Shown: positions 1 through 14,320, numbered from the stretch's first letter. The stretch: DNA of 64,000 bases from Haliotis cracherodii (GCF_022045235.1 NW_027266265.1:18724001-18788000), one strand, 5' to 3'. Notes: generated by a model not told the origin, from the letters alone. A program made the numbers and translations.

Positions 1-2519
1 TGAGAATATTGGAGGCAAGAACATGCTATAATGCATTGTGGGATAGATCCAGCCAGGAAGTGACTATACACATTGACATACTTTGTCGCCGGGAATGACA
101 CGTGTTTGCTGCAGACAGATACAGACGTGTTGAAGGTCAACTACATAAGTAACGGTTAATCACGAACTTCACGCAGAGAGGGATTGTCGTTACTGTTATC
201 AGGTTATGTTATATAAAGTCACAGTAACCTAATATAGATATTATCTCTCTTTTGACAAAAACCAACATGTCACTGGTTTTTCATCTATCTGCCAAAATGC
301 AGCAAGAGGGACGCCCACGGCGGCTGTGTCTGCTGAAATGCATTCAGCACCACTCGCCCCTGTCCGGAACTGCAGTTGAATATACTGACACGGAGGTTTA
401 AGGAAGTGTTTGTATACGTCGTATAATTGTGTACTTGAGCTCAGCTAATAAACTGTTAACATCTTATTATGTTACCTTACATTAACATACTATGGAGCGG
501 GCAATTATTTTCCAAGAAGCCTGATCATGTATCCCGCGGAGAATTCAATCGGAACACACCTTACGTAACTTGCTTATCATTGATCTGAAATGAACCGATG
601 CTTATCCGAATGCAGTTGGTAACGGAAAGTAACTGTCAAAAAGGATAAGTCAAAGCGTTGTATTCGGTGAAATTACGGACATATATTCCGGATCGGTTTG
701 AATGAATGTCAGTGAGATAAATTCGTTGTCAACCGATCCCTCGGGGTATATGGTGTGGTGTACCCTGTGTCTGTGCCTGGCGGCTCTGGGTACAGCGGCT
801 CACACACAGGGCAAATACACCATACACCCGTGAGATCGGTTGACAAATTATAATGTCAGTCATTTACCAACATATTCTAAGATGAAGGCGGCAGTGTTGG
901 TATTTAGCTGGATAAACACACCGGGCAAGGACGTCAACGACTTTGCAAAAGTACAGGTAGTCCGTCAGATCACTTGACTACTGTTCAATCTCTCTTTTGA
1001 AGATGTCGGCACTCCTGGTGACTCGGCCTTGATCACCCAATAGGAACACCAGACCTTACATATCGACATTGAACTGAAAGGAGGTCATAGATTTTTTGGA
1101 TGTTGCATCACATTTGTCTGTTGATGCAGGTTTACATATTATGAACGTGCTATCCACCTTACACACTGGTTTCGTTAAATGTGGTTTAATGTTACGAAAA
1201 AGCATTGCCTTCTTTACATCCTGCTCAGACACAATGATACACCATCAATACCTCAGGAGCAATTGTTTCATGGAGAATTAGAAAATCCAGCAAGGACAGC
1301 ACATACATTACGGCAGTGAGGCATGAACGTGGGATACTGGTCATCAGTGACTCGCAGACAGTCTGACGTCTTTCAACTGTTGATTCCAGCATTACCCATC
1401 AGGGCGGTAGGGTAGCACAGGGGTCACACCGTGCACTCGTGACGCCGACAGCCCGGGATCTATTCCTACATGGATACAATGTATGACACATTTTTGTGTC
1501 TTTTTGTGTCCATACGATCAGCGGAATGTGCATTTGTTTCTGAACACTGGGCCCTTAACCCATATCCTCTCTTCACACGAAGTAGAAAATTTGCAGTTGC
1601 CCATGGAATGGCAGTCAATTTTATTTCTCACCAATGTTGCATTATGATCTATCAAAAGCTACTGGTATCCAGAAATCTGACAACAATTCTGACAAACGTT
1701 TCTGTATACGTACTGTTCACAATGGCTTCAGTTTCAACAAAAAGCAGATGTTACACATACACATGCATGCTGTCGAGAACCTAATGTTAATCTTGCAACT
1801 TTGTAAATACATTCATTTATTGCTCTCAGTGATAGCTTACTCTCTGAGTGTAGAGTCAATCAAGCTCAAGCAACGGTTAGTCGTGTTGCCTACGTCACCA
1901 CCGCTCCAGTGGGTAGTCTTGTGGCCCTTTCGATAAACATCTGCAATTTGAGTGATAAAGATCTAGAGTACTTTAGTCCGTGTGTATTACCTAGAGGCGT
2001 AAAAGACTTGACTGGACAGTTGATTAGGTCAAGGTGCGGCACAGTGGTCAAGATAACGACTGATTCTCGCACAGCTATCATTGGTCAGTGGGTACCACGG
2101 GCTGCTAATCAACTACATTATATCTTGCCAACGTGTCAAGTTTCTAGATAATAGAGTTCGACCTTGCGATGATCATTGAATATTAAAAACTAACGATATG
2201 TGGCCTCAAAGAAACCTTCCAGCCATTTTTCCACATGTGTTGTCGTTTGGGGTTTTATAGTTTTTTTCAAATATTGGTATAGCTTCTTTGATAGGCATTT
2301 AGAAGTTGGAGTACTAAGTAAGGATAAGAATTTATAGAATGAACAACTTCTTTATTACAATTAAAAGCGACGTTTCGGTGTAGGTTCTAACACCTGATCA
2401 CTTGCTTGAACAATGTCTAATGAGAGATGTTATGTTTTATGTATTATTTGTCTGTATTTTCACTACAATCACAGAGAATAAATTACAGATAAATGTGTGG
2501 ATTTGAAAATACAAACTTT

Positions 2520-2935
2520 ATTGAAAGAGTACATTGAAAGTTTCTGAAAAAGAAATTGCAGCTGGTTTTCGTTACTCAATGCCAAATGTCATGGTTTACG
2601 GTTTGTTTGGAAGAGAACGACCGCATATTAAAATGTATAAACGGACTATCATAGTTTGGCATAATTTGGCAATCTTAATGCAGCGAGGTGTCTATCCCAA
2701 ATTTGTGTATTTTTTTCAATCTATTTATGAATATGTCAAGGCCAGTGTCAAATCCATGGCGTCTTTTCGGGGGAATTTAATTGTACTCGTGGTTTAAGAC
2801 AAGGTTGCGTTTTAAGCCCAATGTTGTTTTTTTATGTTTATCGATGAACTGGCAAGGGATATAGATTATCATGTTCACATGGAATACAACTTCATCCTGA
2901 TCCTGATCAAGCAGGACTCACTTACTCTATTCGCG
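2520..2935 (+). mobile_element. LINE (CR1/L2-like) ORF2 fragments
   Basis: RT motif RGLRQGCVLSPMLF...FIDEL...GIQLHPD at 2788-2900; PNVMVYGLFGR C-terminal motif at ~2580. Confidence 0.75.
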
Positions 2936-5900
2936 AACACCTGGTGTCGTCACTGATTCTCAGCGATCCATTCAAATAATGTTCACAGCTATTTTGCCTT
3001 TTACGCCTAACGGAATCTGTTTCGTAGGAACATCGAGAGTGGTTATGCTCTTGCGTCGATGTTTTTCATTACATTGTTAAGATATATATTCACATGGCAA
3101 AATGGGACAAGTTTCTCTCTCCCCTAATTCTTCTTTACACAGTGACCAACTTCTTTGAGAGGTGGGTTTCACAGACGGTCTACCCCAGCGTTCTAACCTG
3201 CCAAATTGTCAAATTTAGGAGATAAACATACCGTGTTTTGTAATTTCAGGTAGTCAAACTGTTGATTAGACACCTCTTGTTTTAATGTAGACCCGAACGT
3301 TTTGTGGTTGGTGTAGATTTTACCTAATTGTATGTATTCTGAAATTGATTCCATCATATTTGACATGTTGTCCGAGTGCTTGAGTGTTGTGTAGGAGTGA
3401 GTGACAACAACATCTGATATTGTTACAGTATCAGAGTATACAATTCTAATGGATATCGACAGCCACTGTTGTTTGCATCGTGTATTCATACGCAATATGT
3501 TGTATGAAAAGGCATATCAATTTTGAGGTATCTCAAGCTCACTCGGGTCGCTCATATGTAGGTACGGCCACATCACGAAACTTCGATATTCTGCGAGAAT
3601 CACAGTCATTTGCTGTCACAGACAATCACTACAATTGTCAATGGACTTATGCTTATTGTACATGGTGTGTATGAGAAGTAGCTGCATAGACTTAAACATA
3701 CACACAGATAGGGACTTAAATACATTTTAGTTTCACATATATTCATCACAGCATACAAAAAGCATATTTAAGAGTTCAAGGAATCGGTTCATTTTTATAT
3801 ACATTTTGGTAGTATACTGAAATATATTGTTGTCGTATGTGGTTATAATATGGGCATACCATCTTCTATGGATTTTATATCACACAACTTTCATATCCGC
3901 AACTGTCTGTTGTTTCAATAGAAATTGTTTTAGAACATATGTACTTTACGGTTTTTTAATACAATGACAACTACATCAATTTGTTATTGAAGATGAATGA
4001 AAGGGGGTGTATGTGTTATTGTTAACGCCATAATCAGCAATGTTGTAGCCATACCTTGCAAGTTTAAATAATCGAGTCTGGACTCGGCGAACCATTGAAA
4101 GCAGATCAGACACGTCACGAAGTCACGCCATCTGGTCCATTTTCCAACATAAATAGCACACTGGGGACCAATTCCATTCAGGCATCGTCCTGAGTTTGAA
4201 TGTAAGGAAACATATATACGTATATGTTTGTGTACATAATTTAATTTCAAAGGACAGATAATTTGACACAGTGTCTATCGTGCAGTTAAAGGTTGGTTTA
4301 GTAGGAAGAAGGCAATGCCCTTTAATCAGATGCTTAATTCCTGGCATATTTCTACATGGGGCTAAACCGTTCTTGTCTTTATGATGAGACAGTTTCCGAC
4401 TAATGCAGTCATCTTCACCATGTTCCAAAGATAATGCAACGTATCTGTGTTTGATGTCAGCGTCACCTGCAAAGTCAAGGGCCGCTGGCTTATACATGTA
4501 TTCACACTCATGTCGACGCAACCTTTCTGTGCCTCCGTGAATAAAGTGGGTGACCGGTGTTGGCTTACAACGTGAAGTTTAAAGGGACACTATCTTAGTT
4601 GAGGTTTCCGTTTTTCTTTTCTCTGAATTGCATTTCATATGAACAACAACATTAAATATCACGTATAGTGCTCTCTATTAAGATGTGGTTATTGGCGCCA
4701 GAGGCGCTATCGTCGTGCCAATTGACAGTTTAGTGGTTAACTGTATCTGATCAATCAAATGTGTTTGTGTATTCAGTCAAGAAGTTGTTTGTTGTTTTAC
4801 ACCGCAGTCAGCGACATTCCTGCTGTATCGCTACGGCCTGTAAATATCGAGGTGGCTGGGGACGGCCAAACAGTGGGCAATGGCATGGTCAGCAAGTCAC
4901 GAAGGCTGACCACCGATCCTCATTTGAGTTGGCTTACGACAAGCATAGTACGGGGCATGCAATCCGACCTGGGATACCTACAGGAATAATGATTTCCCCA
5001 ATAACGACGAGACATTGCCATATTTCCGCAGGTCCTTAAGTAAGACTAGAACTAGAACTGGAAACCCGGCAAGAAAGTTAACTGACTATGAAAATCCAGT
5101 TTCCACCCTTTTGCGGAACTAGGCTCGAGTTTCTGGGACCGATCGTAGCGCCACCAATGGCTATTATGTCCCTTCTATGTCCCTCCTACTGACCGATCAG
5201 ATTCCACCTCTCATATCACTTGAAATTGCTTCAAACGAAATGGCGGCGCACAGTCAAGAATACCTGATCATAATCAACATCTGTATTGAAATATAACGGT
5301 TCTTACTTCACATCAAATCTCGTGAGGACCTGGATTGAAAACATGAAAAGATTTAGAAAATATCTGTTGACGTCGAGTTGGCGGAATACATGCTTTGCAA
5401 ATCAAGGAATCGACCGAAATCTGCACCGGATGTTAACCCCCTTGACCCGGGAAGATGAACGAAGTGGATCAAATATGAATTGTGCTCCACGACATATTGT
5501 CCTACAACAAAATCTGTCTGTAATCGGAGTCTAGCTAAAACAGATTTTCGTTGGAAGTTGCACCTTACATTTCTGCAGTGAATCTGTTATCTGCTGTAAC
5601 AAATTCGCAAGGAGTGGCGATTAACGTTATCTGTATATAAACAAACAAGTTAGGACGAATCTGTGTGATGTCTGGTGTTATATAAAGAAGTTTTGTTGCA
5701 GTTAATATATCACTATATATCACTATAACACTTTGCACGTGGAATTTAAATTTGAATTTGTGCTACGCCAATTACAAGTCCACCGGCCTGTCAGTGGGTT
5801 GTCATTTGGAGGGTGTTTAGTTTCAATCTGAGGCACCTCTCGCTAGGGAACATAGTCTCAAGTCATGAAAGGAGGCAAGTCCTACTCAGACAAACATTGT

Positions 5901-7149
5901 TCCCATGCACCACTGTGAAGTGTGTCCTCCTAAAACACCCTGAACAAACACAAATATATCCCTTTTTCGAGAAGAATCAATTCCTCCCGACATTATGTGT
6001 GCACCCCCTGTGATCGCGTACATAGTTTATAGTTGCACATGTTTACTTTGCGCACTGAAGATAACAAACGATATAAATTGGATATGCACGTTGTATACCC
6101 ATTTCATTTAACGGAGCTTTTTGTAGCTGTGTATAATGCTCTCGGCAAGTCTTTCAGAATAGAATTGGTTGTAATAAAATCACAGCGGAACATGTGCTGG
6201 TTTTAAGGATGAAGAAATACCTCTTCATGTCACCTTTTCAATCGGGGGCTAAGGCGCTGCAATTCGCTGTGCAGAGTTGCGTCCCTTAGGCGTGTCAGAA
6301 CTCTATGACAGTGGGTCTGAATCACTGTTGACCATCACAATGTTTTCTAGGTTTAAACACCATACCCGTGCTGATGGGTAAACGTCTGAGACCTGCATCA
6401 CTTCGGGCTTTCTTCCCACATTAAGCAGACACGCCGTGATATAACTGGAATACTGTGCAGCCGAAATTATTGATAAACGGCGATAACGAGAGATATATTC
6501 AAACAGCCATATTTCGAAATGGAGATGTGATACAAATAAATGATTATGTCAAATGTTGGATTGACATATACTGCCGTCGAAGATTACAAATAAACAAAAA
6601 GTGACCATCATTCTCCACAAAATCTCTGATCTCTGGGAGTATTGTTAGATATTCCTGTTATTGTAGATCTTGTTTGTTGTTTAAGTCCCACTCAGCAATA
6701 ATCCAGCTATATGACAGCGATCTGTAAATAACTGAATCTGAGTGCGGCGTTAACCAAAAAACTGGACTCATCTTGGAACGGTATACTTTCCTAGCCTTCT
6801 ATACCTCAGATGCTGTCTGTCGACCGCCATCATATAGCTGGAATATTGCTGAGTGCGGCGTTAAACAACAAGCAAACAAACAAACTACCCACAATAAGCC
6901 AGGCGTACCTTGCGGTAACGTGGAAGCAAACTTGGGCGTAGAGCAGTACGTCGGGGCCGGTCATTGTGTTCCCTCAACTGGTTGGGCACGTTTCTGCCAG
7001 GACTGGTCTCAGCCCAGGAGCTTTATATGAAGCACAGTTACTTGATTACGTTTGTATACCTTGATTCGATACTTTCAAATAAGACAAACAATCCCTAACA
7101 AAGGCATGATCACCACAGGTCGCGGTTACAATATCCCCTCATTCGTTGA

Positions 7150-7370
7150 TGACCCGTGAAGCTCCGAGTTGGAATAGGCCTTGAGCAATCCATGTTTGTC
7201 ATTAGAGGCGACAATGGTTATCTTAATAGGCGACTAACAGGATCGGGTGATCGCTGACTTGGGTGATGCATGTCATTGTATCCCACTTGCATAGATCGAT
7301 GCTCTTGATGTCAATCAGACCGCTGTTATATAGCTGGATTATTGCTGAGTGCGACGTTAAAAAGGAAACA
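7150..7370 (+). mobile_element. Retroposon family A, diverged
   Basis: gacccgtgaagctcc head through gctgagtgcgacgttaaa tail. Confidence 0.8.
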
Positions 7371-7460
7371 CATCATTCGTTCATATGTTATTTCAGGTCT
7401 CCGATGGGCGATCAATCACAAATATATGTTTATAATTTTACACATCATCATCTCAACCAC

Positions 7461-7588
7461 CGTCATGACGAAGACCCGGGTTTGAATCCCGACATGAGTA
7501 CAATGTGTGAAGCCCATTTCTGGTGTCCCCCGCCGTGATATTGCTGGAATATTGCTAAATGCGGCGTAAACCCAAACTCACTCACTCA
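7461..7588 (+). mobile_element. tRNA-derived SINE family B, 5'-truncated
   Basis: B-box-like ggtttgaatccc, (ctca)n tail, TSD tcaaccac; related pieces at 1403-1485, 34625-34720, 43169-43255 and 45336-45467. Confidence 0.8.
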
Positions 7589-8526
7589 TATCAACCACAC
7601 ACTCTAGTTACGCACTCATTATTTCATCCAAAGTGGACCACAATCATGGGTTTGGGCTGTCCTTATGAAACCTAGCCGATTTATTGTTTCTATAACGTGA
7701 CCGCACATATACATATACGTACCGACCGACTCCTTTGACTGATACCAGGATTCCCTTTAAAGGAGACATTACGGTAGTGAAGATCCAGGCGACTTTATTT
7801 CATGGTCTTCTTTTCCTTTTAACATACAAACTCATTCCTATCTCCTGTATGTAATCATGAAATTATCATAATTAGGTTGGTTGTAAATAACATATAAAAC
7901 TCGAGATTAATTTAGCAGACTAACACCTGTTGTTCGGTCGCCGCAATGTAATGGGGCAATTGCGTGTGGAGTGTGTTCAGATAACGGCATGTTTACTTGT
8001 AACTTCGCGAAGCTCGCGGCCTTATTAGATACAAGCTGCACACAATTATACAACAATCACATTGTTCCTTAGAACTCAGATAAGATAGCTCTAGGCACGA
8101 TTTAACACGTCAAGTTGTGTTTGGTGCATCAGTTGACATAGCTAGAAATGACTGTCTTGTAAAGTCAAGCGTGTAGTCAGCTTAAATGACCATCATATTT
8201 CCGGATTCATGTGAAACAAGGGGGGTGACATACATGTAGATAAATTTACTGAATGAAACCTCCCCCAAAGGACGCTAACTGTTTGCAGCGTCTACCTATA
8301 GTTAACGTCGCATTAGTGTCACCAGGATAAGACAATATACATACACGTAGCACCAACACGGGTCGCAATTTGTTTCTATGTCATGGATGGTCTAGTGGTC
8401 TAGGGTTGTGTCCCTTTGACATGCCAGGATCTCATGATCAAACGATCAAATCCCAGATTGGCCCTGATAATGGCTTTTGGTTTGTCGGTACCATAACCGT
8501 CACTGTATATGGTTCAGGTCTAAGTT

Positions 8527-8748
8527 CCGTGAAGATCCGGGTTAGAATTAGTCTTCAGCAACCCATGCTTGTCTGAAGTGACTAACGGGATCGGGTGGTT
8601 AGAGTAGCTGGCTTGGTTGATGTATAGCTTCGTATCCCAATTGCGGAGATCGGTGCTTATGATGTCTATAACTGGATTATTTTCAGACCGTCGTCAGATA
8701 GCTGGAATATGGCTGAGTGCATTAAACAACAACAAAAAACAAACAAAA
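8527..8748 (+). mobile_element. Retroposon family A
   Basis: ccgtgaagatccgggttagaat head through (caa)n tail. Confidence 0.85.
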
Positions 8749-9644
8749 TTCCCGTCAACATTAAGCTACTCATCCCGTTAAACTGAAATGCGGCGTTAAA
8801 CCCAACTTACACCCTGACTCACTTCCTGTGACACGCAGGGCTTGGTGTATGGGGCTCTGTTGGTACTTACCTCCCTTTGAACTGGCCAGGTCTGATCCTT
8901 GTGAAAAACTGGCGATAAAATAGGCCAATGTTAACAGATTAGTGCGTTAACACTGTTAAAATGCTGCCCAACAATGACATTCCAGTTTGGGCAATTCCCA
9001 ATGTTCATTTGGCTCTTGCCTCGGAATCTGAGTGAAAAAATCAAGAAACAAACGATATTGCCCATATAACACCATACTCGTGCTGGTAGATTTCGCCACT
9101 TTGGGCTTTCTTTCCACACCGAGGTGACACTCCATGAGTACGCAGAAATACTGTTAAAGTGGGCCTTAAAGCAAACTAATTCGTTCATTATTGTCAAAAC
9201 TAAAGCTTCAAGCGAACAGTATACTGCCGCAAATATCCAGGTTGTTTGAACAGAGATAAACCCTAAAAACCAGTAGTCTATTCGCTTTAACAAAACTCAT
9301 ATCTACATTATCAGTTCAAGAAATATTAGGGCGACAGCCGAATATGCGCTAGAACAGTGTCAAGACGACAGTGACAATGGTCGCACAGTAATTATGTAAC
9401 CGGGGCACTATCTACAGGTCAGACGTGTCAACAATGTATGACATTACTGGATATGTCTCGTGACCATAAGTCAGGTCAGACACAGTCGGCGCGCCAGTAT
9501 ATTATGCCACTGACAAGGACAGTATAAATAATGACTGCTTTACTGCTATAACGAGTTCCTGATCGATCTATGATTATACATGTTGTTATGTAATGTAATG
9601 ATGGTCAGATGATCTTTGATTCACAGAGAGCGGCGCGATAGTAC

Positions 9645-10815
9645 TGAGAGTGACGTCAGATGTACGGAGAGTGACGTCAGATGTTCAGAGAGTGACCCAA
9701 GATGTACAGAGAGAGTCAGATGTACAGAGAGTAACGCCAGATGTACAGAGAGTGAGTCAGATGTACAGAGAGTGAGTCATGTTCAGAGAGTGACGTCAGA
9801 TGTACAGTGAGTCAGATGTACAGAGAGTGACGCCAAATGTACAGAGGGTGACGTCAGATGTACAGAGGGTGACGTCATATGTACAGAGTGACGTCAGATG
9901 TACAGAGAATGACGTCAGATGTACAGATAGTGACGTCAGATGTACAGAGAGTGAGTCAGATGTACAGAGAGTGACGTCAGATGTACAGAGGGTGACGTCA
10001 GATTTACAGAGTGACGTCAGGTGTACATAGAGTGAGTCAGATGTACAGAGGGTGACGTCAGATGTTCAGAGAGTGAGTCACATGTACAGAGATCTCGAGT
10101 GAGTCAGATGTACAGATGGTGACGTCAGATGTACAGAGTAAGTCAGATGTACAGAGTGAGTCAGATGTACAGAGTGACGTCAGATGTACAGAGTGACGTC
10201 AGGTGTACATAGAGTGAGTCAGATGTACAGAGAGTGACGCCATATGCACAGTGAGTCAGATGTACAGAGAGTGAGTCAGATGTACAAAGAATGACGTCAG
10301 ATATACAGAGTGAGTCAAATGTACAGAGTGACGTCGGATGTACAGAGAGTGAGTCAGACGTACAGAGCGTGAGTACAGATGTTGAGAGGGTGACCTCAGA
10401 TGTTCATAGAGTGACGTCAGATGTTCAGAGGGTGACACCAGATGTAGAGAGAGTGAGTCAGATGTACAGAGAGTGAGTCAGATGTACAAAGAATGACGTC
10501 AGATGTACAGAGAACGAGTCAGATGTTCAGAGAGTGACGTCAGATGTACAGAGGGTGACGTCAGATGTACAGAGGGTGACGTCAGATGTACAGAGGGTGA
10601 CGTCAGAAGCACAGAGAGTGAGTCAGATGTACAGAGAGTGAGTCAGATGTTCAGAGAGTGACGTCAGATGTACAGTGAGTCAGATGTACAGAGAGTGACG
10701 CCAGATGTACAGAGGGTGACGTCAGATGTACAGACTGACGTCAGATGTTCAGAGAGTGACGTCAGATGTACAGAGTGAGTCAGATGTACAGAGAGTGAGT
10801 CAGATGTACAGAGAT
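9645..10815. repeat. Minisatellite, ~17-21 bp units (gatgtacagagagTGACGTCA / TGAGTCA)
   Basis: Direct reading; about 55-60 units. Confidence 0.97.
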
Positions 10816-10816
10816 G

Positions 10817-10936
10817 CTCGATGATTGATGCTCATGGTGTCAGTCACTTGACTGTCTGGTCCAGACTGGATTATTTACAGATCGCCGTCATATAGCTGGA
10901 ATAGTGCTGAATGCGTCGTTAAACAACAATCAAACA
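10817..10936 (+). mobile_element. Retroposon family A, 3' half abutting the minisatellite
   Basis: gtctggtccagactggattatttacagatcgccgtcatatagctggaat...aaacaacaa. Confidence 0.8.
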
Positions 10937-11551
10937 GAGGTGGTTATTGTGATTTGAAACCTCTGATTCGACCATCCTCTCCCGGTCCCCGACCACGGTA
11001 CATCGTCGCCCGGTCCCCAACCTCAGTTCTTCATCACCAGACCCCAACCTTTCTCAACAGCTAATCATCACATGTTGCGTGATTATCATTATTTTATTTA
11101 TGTAAATTAGTTATATTGTTATTGAAATGAGTTAATACAAATAAAAGTTGGATGACATTTATATTGAACTAAGTATCTACTGCTTTTGATATTACAGAAA
11201 ATAATGTTAACAATGTGAAACTATTCAATTCAAGCATGAACAGTTGAACAAAAGTTGAGGTGGTGTTTAAGTGTTATTATGATAGTTACGTGAAACCGCA
11301 TTTTACCCCTTGGAGTTCCGGGTTACAGGTGGTTCCTGATACCCTGAGGCTGTCCGTATTTTGGTCATTTTTCTCCCGCCCGCGATGAACTTTCGTTCCG
11401 ACGTGCAAAATAAAAGGTTTTCTGATCTCAATTAATGGGATAACACAAGGACCGGACACCTCGGAGTCAGTATCCTGTGTCTGAGAGGGGTATTCATTTT
11501 AAACTGCGGCATGGTATCTCAGGGTGCTAGCACCATAAAATCGGCATTCGT

Positions 11552-11565
11552 CGCGCGCGCGCGCA

Positions 11566-11637
<72 letters not shown>

Positions 11638-11662
11638 TGCACGCACGCACACGTGCATGCAC
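11552..11662. repeat. Compound microsatellite (CG)n(CACG)n(CA)n inside a family D SINE
   Basis: Direct reading. Confidence 0.97.
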
Positions 11663-13020
11663 GTCGCTTTTGAAGCGCAATAATGTTGAAGGCGACGTTA
11701 AGTCCCATTTTACCTCACCTTGATTACCTCATGGCCCAAGCCAGCGTGCATGGGTTAAGCTTCGGTAGGGTTTTGTTTTCTTTGGCTGGAGCTTGGGTCT
11801 AGATTGGCATTCTTATATAAGAAGTCATGTTTTCACTTTGTCGTGAGTTCGAGGTTGGGATCAATAAGGAGTAGTCCCTTCTGAAACTGAACACCATCTG
11901 GCGCATCGAGCTTTCCAATCCAGGTCCAATTTTAACAAAAGGTAAACCATATATAGACAACAGTGGTCTCATCGCCCTCGTCGTCCGTTGTCCGTTGGTG
12001 TTCCCACATTTCGGCGTCCATCGCAGCTTGTCCCTCGACAGCACAGGTATGTGAGGGGTGCACTGTCAGGGACCACTTTGCCATGTGGGGTGCTTCTGGC
12101 AGAGGGAGGCACGCCTACCTACCACACCACTTCCTTGTACGTATGGCAATGTCTCTAAGGGCGGGTAGCGACCAGGTACGGCAAGAAGGGGTTTTGTTTC
12201 CTTTTTCGCTTCCTTCACCCCATGGACCTCCTTAAACCACAGGTAGGTAAATATTCTATTTCAAATTTCAATGTTGATTATGTTTATTCCCGGTTCAACT
12301 TTATGAAAGAGGTTTTTACGAAGCCCAATTTGGACATGTCGTGATGCTTTTCTCTTTGAAAATTCATGATGAAGACATGTTGGAACTAGACACATGTATA
12401 ATGTGCCGCATGTTTTAGCATTGTTACCACATCGCATTCATTAAAGCTGATAGAACGTCGTATGAATATCTTGAAATTTTAAATGTGCATATTGAATTTT
12501 CAAGAAAAAAGAAACTGATATGGACACAATGGGCTTCCGTAGGTTTGTGTTAAATGATTGAAAATTCTTTCCTCATAGACAACATTTTTTTAAAGTACGG
12601 AACTCGGATGTGTTTGACCTTATCGTGGTGTAGGAGTCCAGTCGAGGAGGAGGAATGACTTCCGCCCGTATTCTCCCTCAAAAAGTTATATATGCATCCA
12701 TTGCCGCTCAATCCTTTTTACTAGATATATATTTGAGGGGATATTGGTGGAAGTCTTACCAGTGTTCCGATTATGTGAATGGTGTTTTAAGTTACTTTTT
12801 GTCTCATTAGTGTTATTGTTAAAACAGCTGGATGTATGACCATGACGGCCATCATCTACACTGTGTATTTGATAAGCATAACACTTTTAGCACGTCATCC
12901 GTGTGAGTGAGTGAGTGAGTTAATATTTAACGTCACATCGGCAGTATTGCAGCCATATCGTGACGAACATCATCCGTGAAAAGCATATCAGTTGTAACAT
13001 GTTTAAATACCCTATACAAT

Positions 13021-13333
13021 AAGGTGTGGTCAAATGGGGTTTAACGTCGCGTCCAAGATTATTGCACTTCTATAGCGACGTGTGTGTCGAGCTGCTTGTA
13101 CTAGTCTGGACTGATGCCGATTGTATAGTGCTAGACACCATGCCGCAGTTTAAGATGAATACCCCACTTAGACACAGTATACCGTGTCAGAGCAAACCAG
13201 GTCTTGCCGAGCGCCACGCAGGGTAACAATAAGTACCATATTTTAACGTCTTTTGGTATGACGCGGCCAGGGGATCGAACCCCAGAGCTACCGCTTTCCG
13301 GGCGGATACTCTACCATTAGACCACGGAGGCGG
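13021..13333 (-). mobile_element. tRNA-derived SINE family D
   Basis: Head gtggtctaatggtagag...gggttcgatcccctggccgcgtcataccaaaagacg; relatives at 11433-11722 and 55620-55810. Confidence 0.8.
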
Positions 13334-13499
13334 TTCCATACAGTTAAGTAATGAACGTGCGTAGACACTCGTACAATTATTCATATTGTTGTGTGTAAGG
13401 CTATTTCATTTGACAGTCATACTTTACTTCTGTGTAGCATTTGGTGATTTAATCTGTTATGTTTAATTATTTAAAGATTCGATTCTTCTCACTGGTACA

Positions 13500-13745
13500 G
13501 ACCCGTGAAGATCAGGGGTAGAATAGGTCTACAGCAACCCATGCCTGCCATAAAAGATGACTATGCTTGTGGTAGGAGTGGCGGTCTGGCTCGATGACTT
13601 GGTTGATGCATGTCATTGATCCCAATTACGTGGATCGATACTCATGTCTATCACTGGATTGTCTAGTACACACCTGTTCATTAACAGACCGCCGTCGTAC
13701 AGCTGGAATATTGCTGAGTGTGGCGTTAAACAACAAACAAACAAA
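13500..13745 (+). mobile_element. Short retroposon family A (structured head, no tRNA), full length
   Basis: Starts GACCCGTGAAGATC, ends (caaa)n; TSD tctca(c/t)tggtaca at 13487-13499 and 13746-13758. Confidence 0.9.
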
Positions 13746-14089
13746 TCTCATTGGTACAATGTGTTAGTCCCCAAGTCCCTCCAATAAAGACCCCAAAAAA
13801 CCCAGCCCATTTCCACTCTCTCACAATCTGTATTTCAACATTGTTCATATCTTTGTTATTTAATACATTTATGTGATCAATTTCTTATATCAATCAATCT
13901 TTATTACTCAATACTCGGAAGGCCATAGGCCTATCGTACATGTATACAAATTAGCTTGGGGTACACTTATACAATAGAATATACATCAATAACCATGGTA
14001 ACTGTTAATAACATCAAGTCGTTGAGTAAGTGCATGCTTTCTAAGATTTGTGGTATTGAAAATGTCTTCATTAGTAAGTTAAATTTATA

Positions 14090-14320
14090 CAAATGAGGAT
14101 CCTTGAAAAAAGATTCATTAATGAATTGGTTTCTAATGTCAGCATAAAATCTTTGAATGACATTTGGAGGTGATACACATAGTGAAGAAAATTAAAATAT
14201 CTCCCATAAGTAAAAAGTGATATTTATCCTCTATATAATTAAATGTACACAGTTGACAGATTCTGTCTTCTTTCAGTTTCGTATATATAGTATACAAGGT
14301 GTTATATGTCACTAAAGGTG
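14090..14320 (-). mobile_element. LINE C-terminal fragment
   Basis: EDRICQLCTFNYIEDKYHFLL motif. Confidence 0.65.

Noticed and set aside
194-488. Solo LTR (TG...CA with AATAAA)
   Set aside because: No matching target-site duplication and no second copy in the window
3193-4521. Minus-strand ORFs of 88-132 aa as exons of a second gene
   Set aside because: No recognisable domain and no coherent splice chain could be built; a homology search is needed to exclude it fully
9616-10476. ORFs with SDVQRVT/CTESDVR repeats
   Set aside because: Translations of the minisatellite with constant frameshifts
11499-11723. CV/HT dipeptide ORFs
   Set aside because: Microsatellite translations
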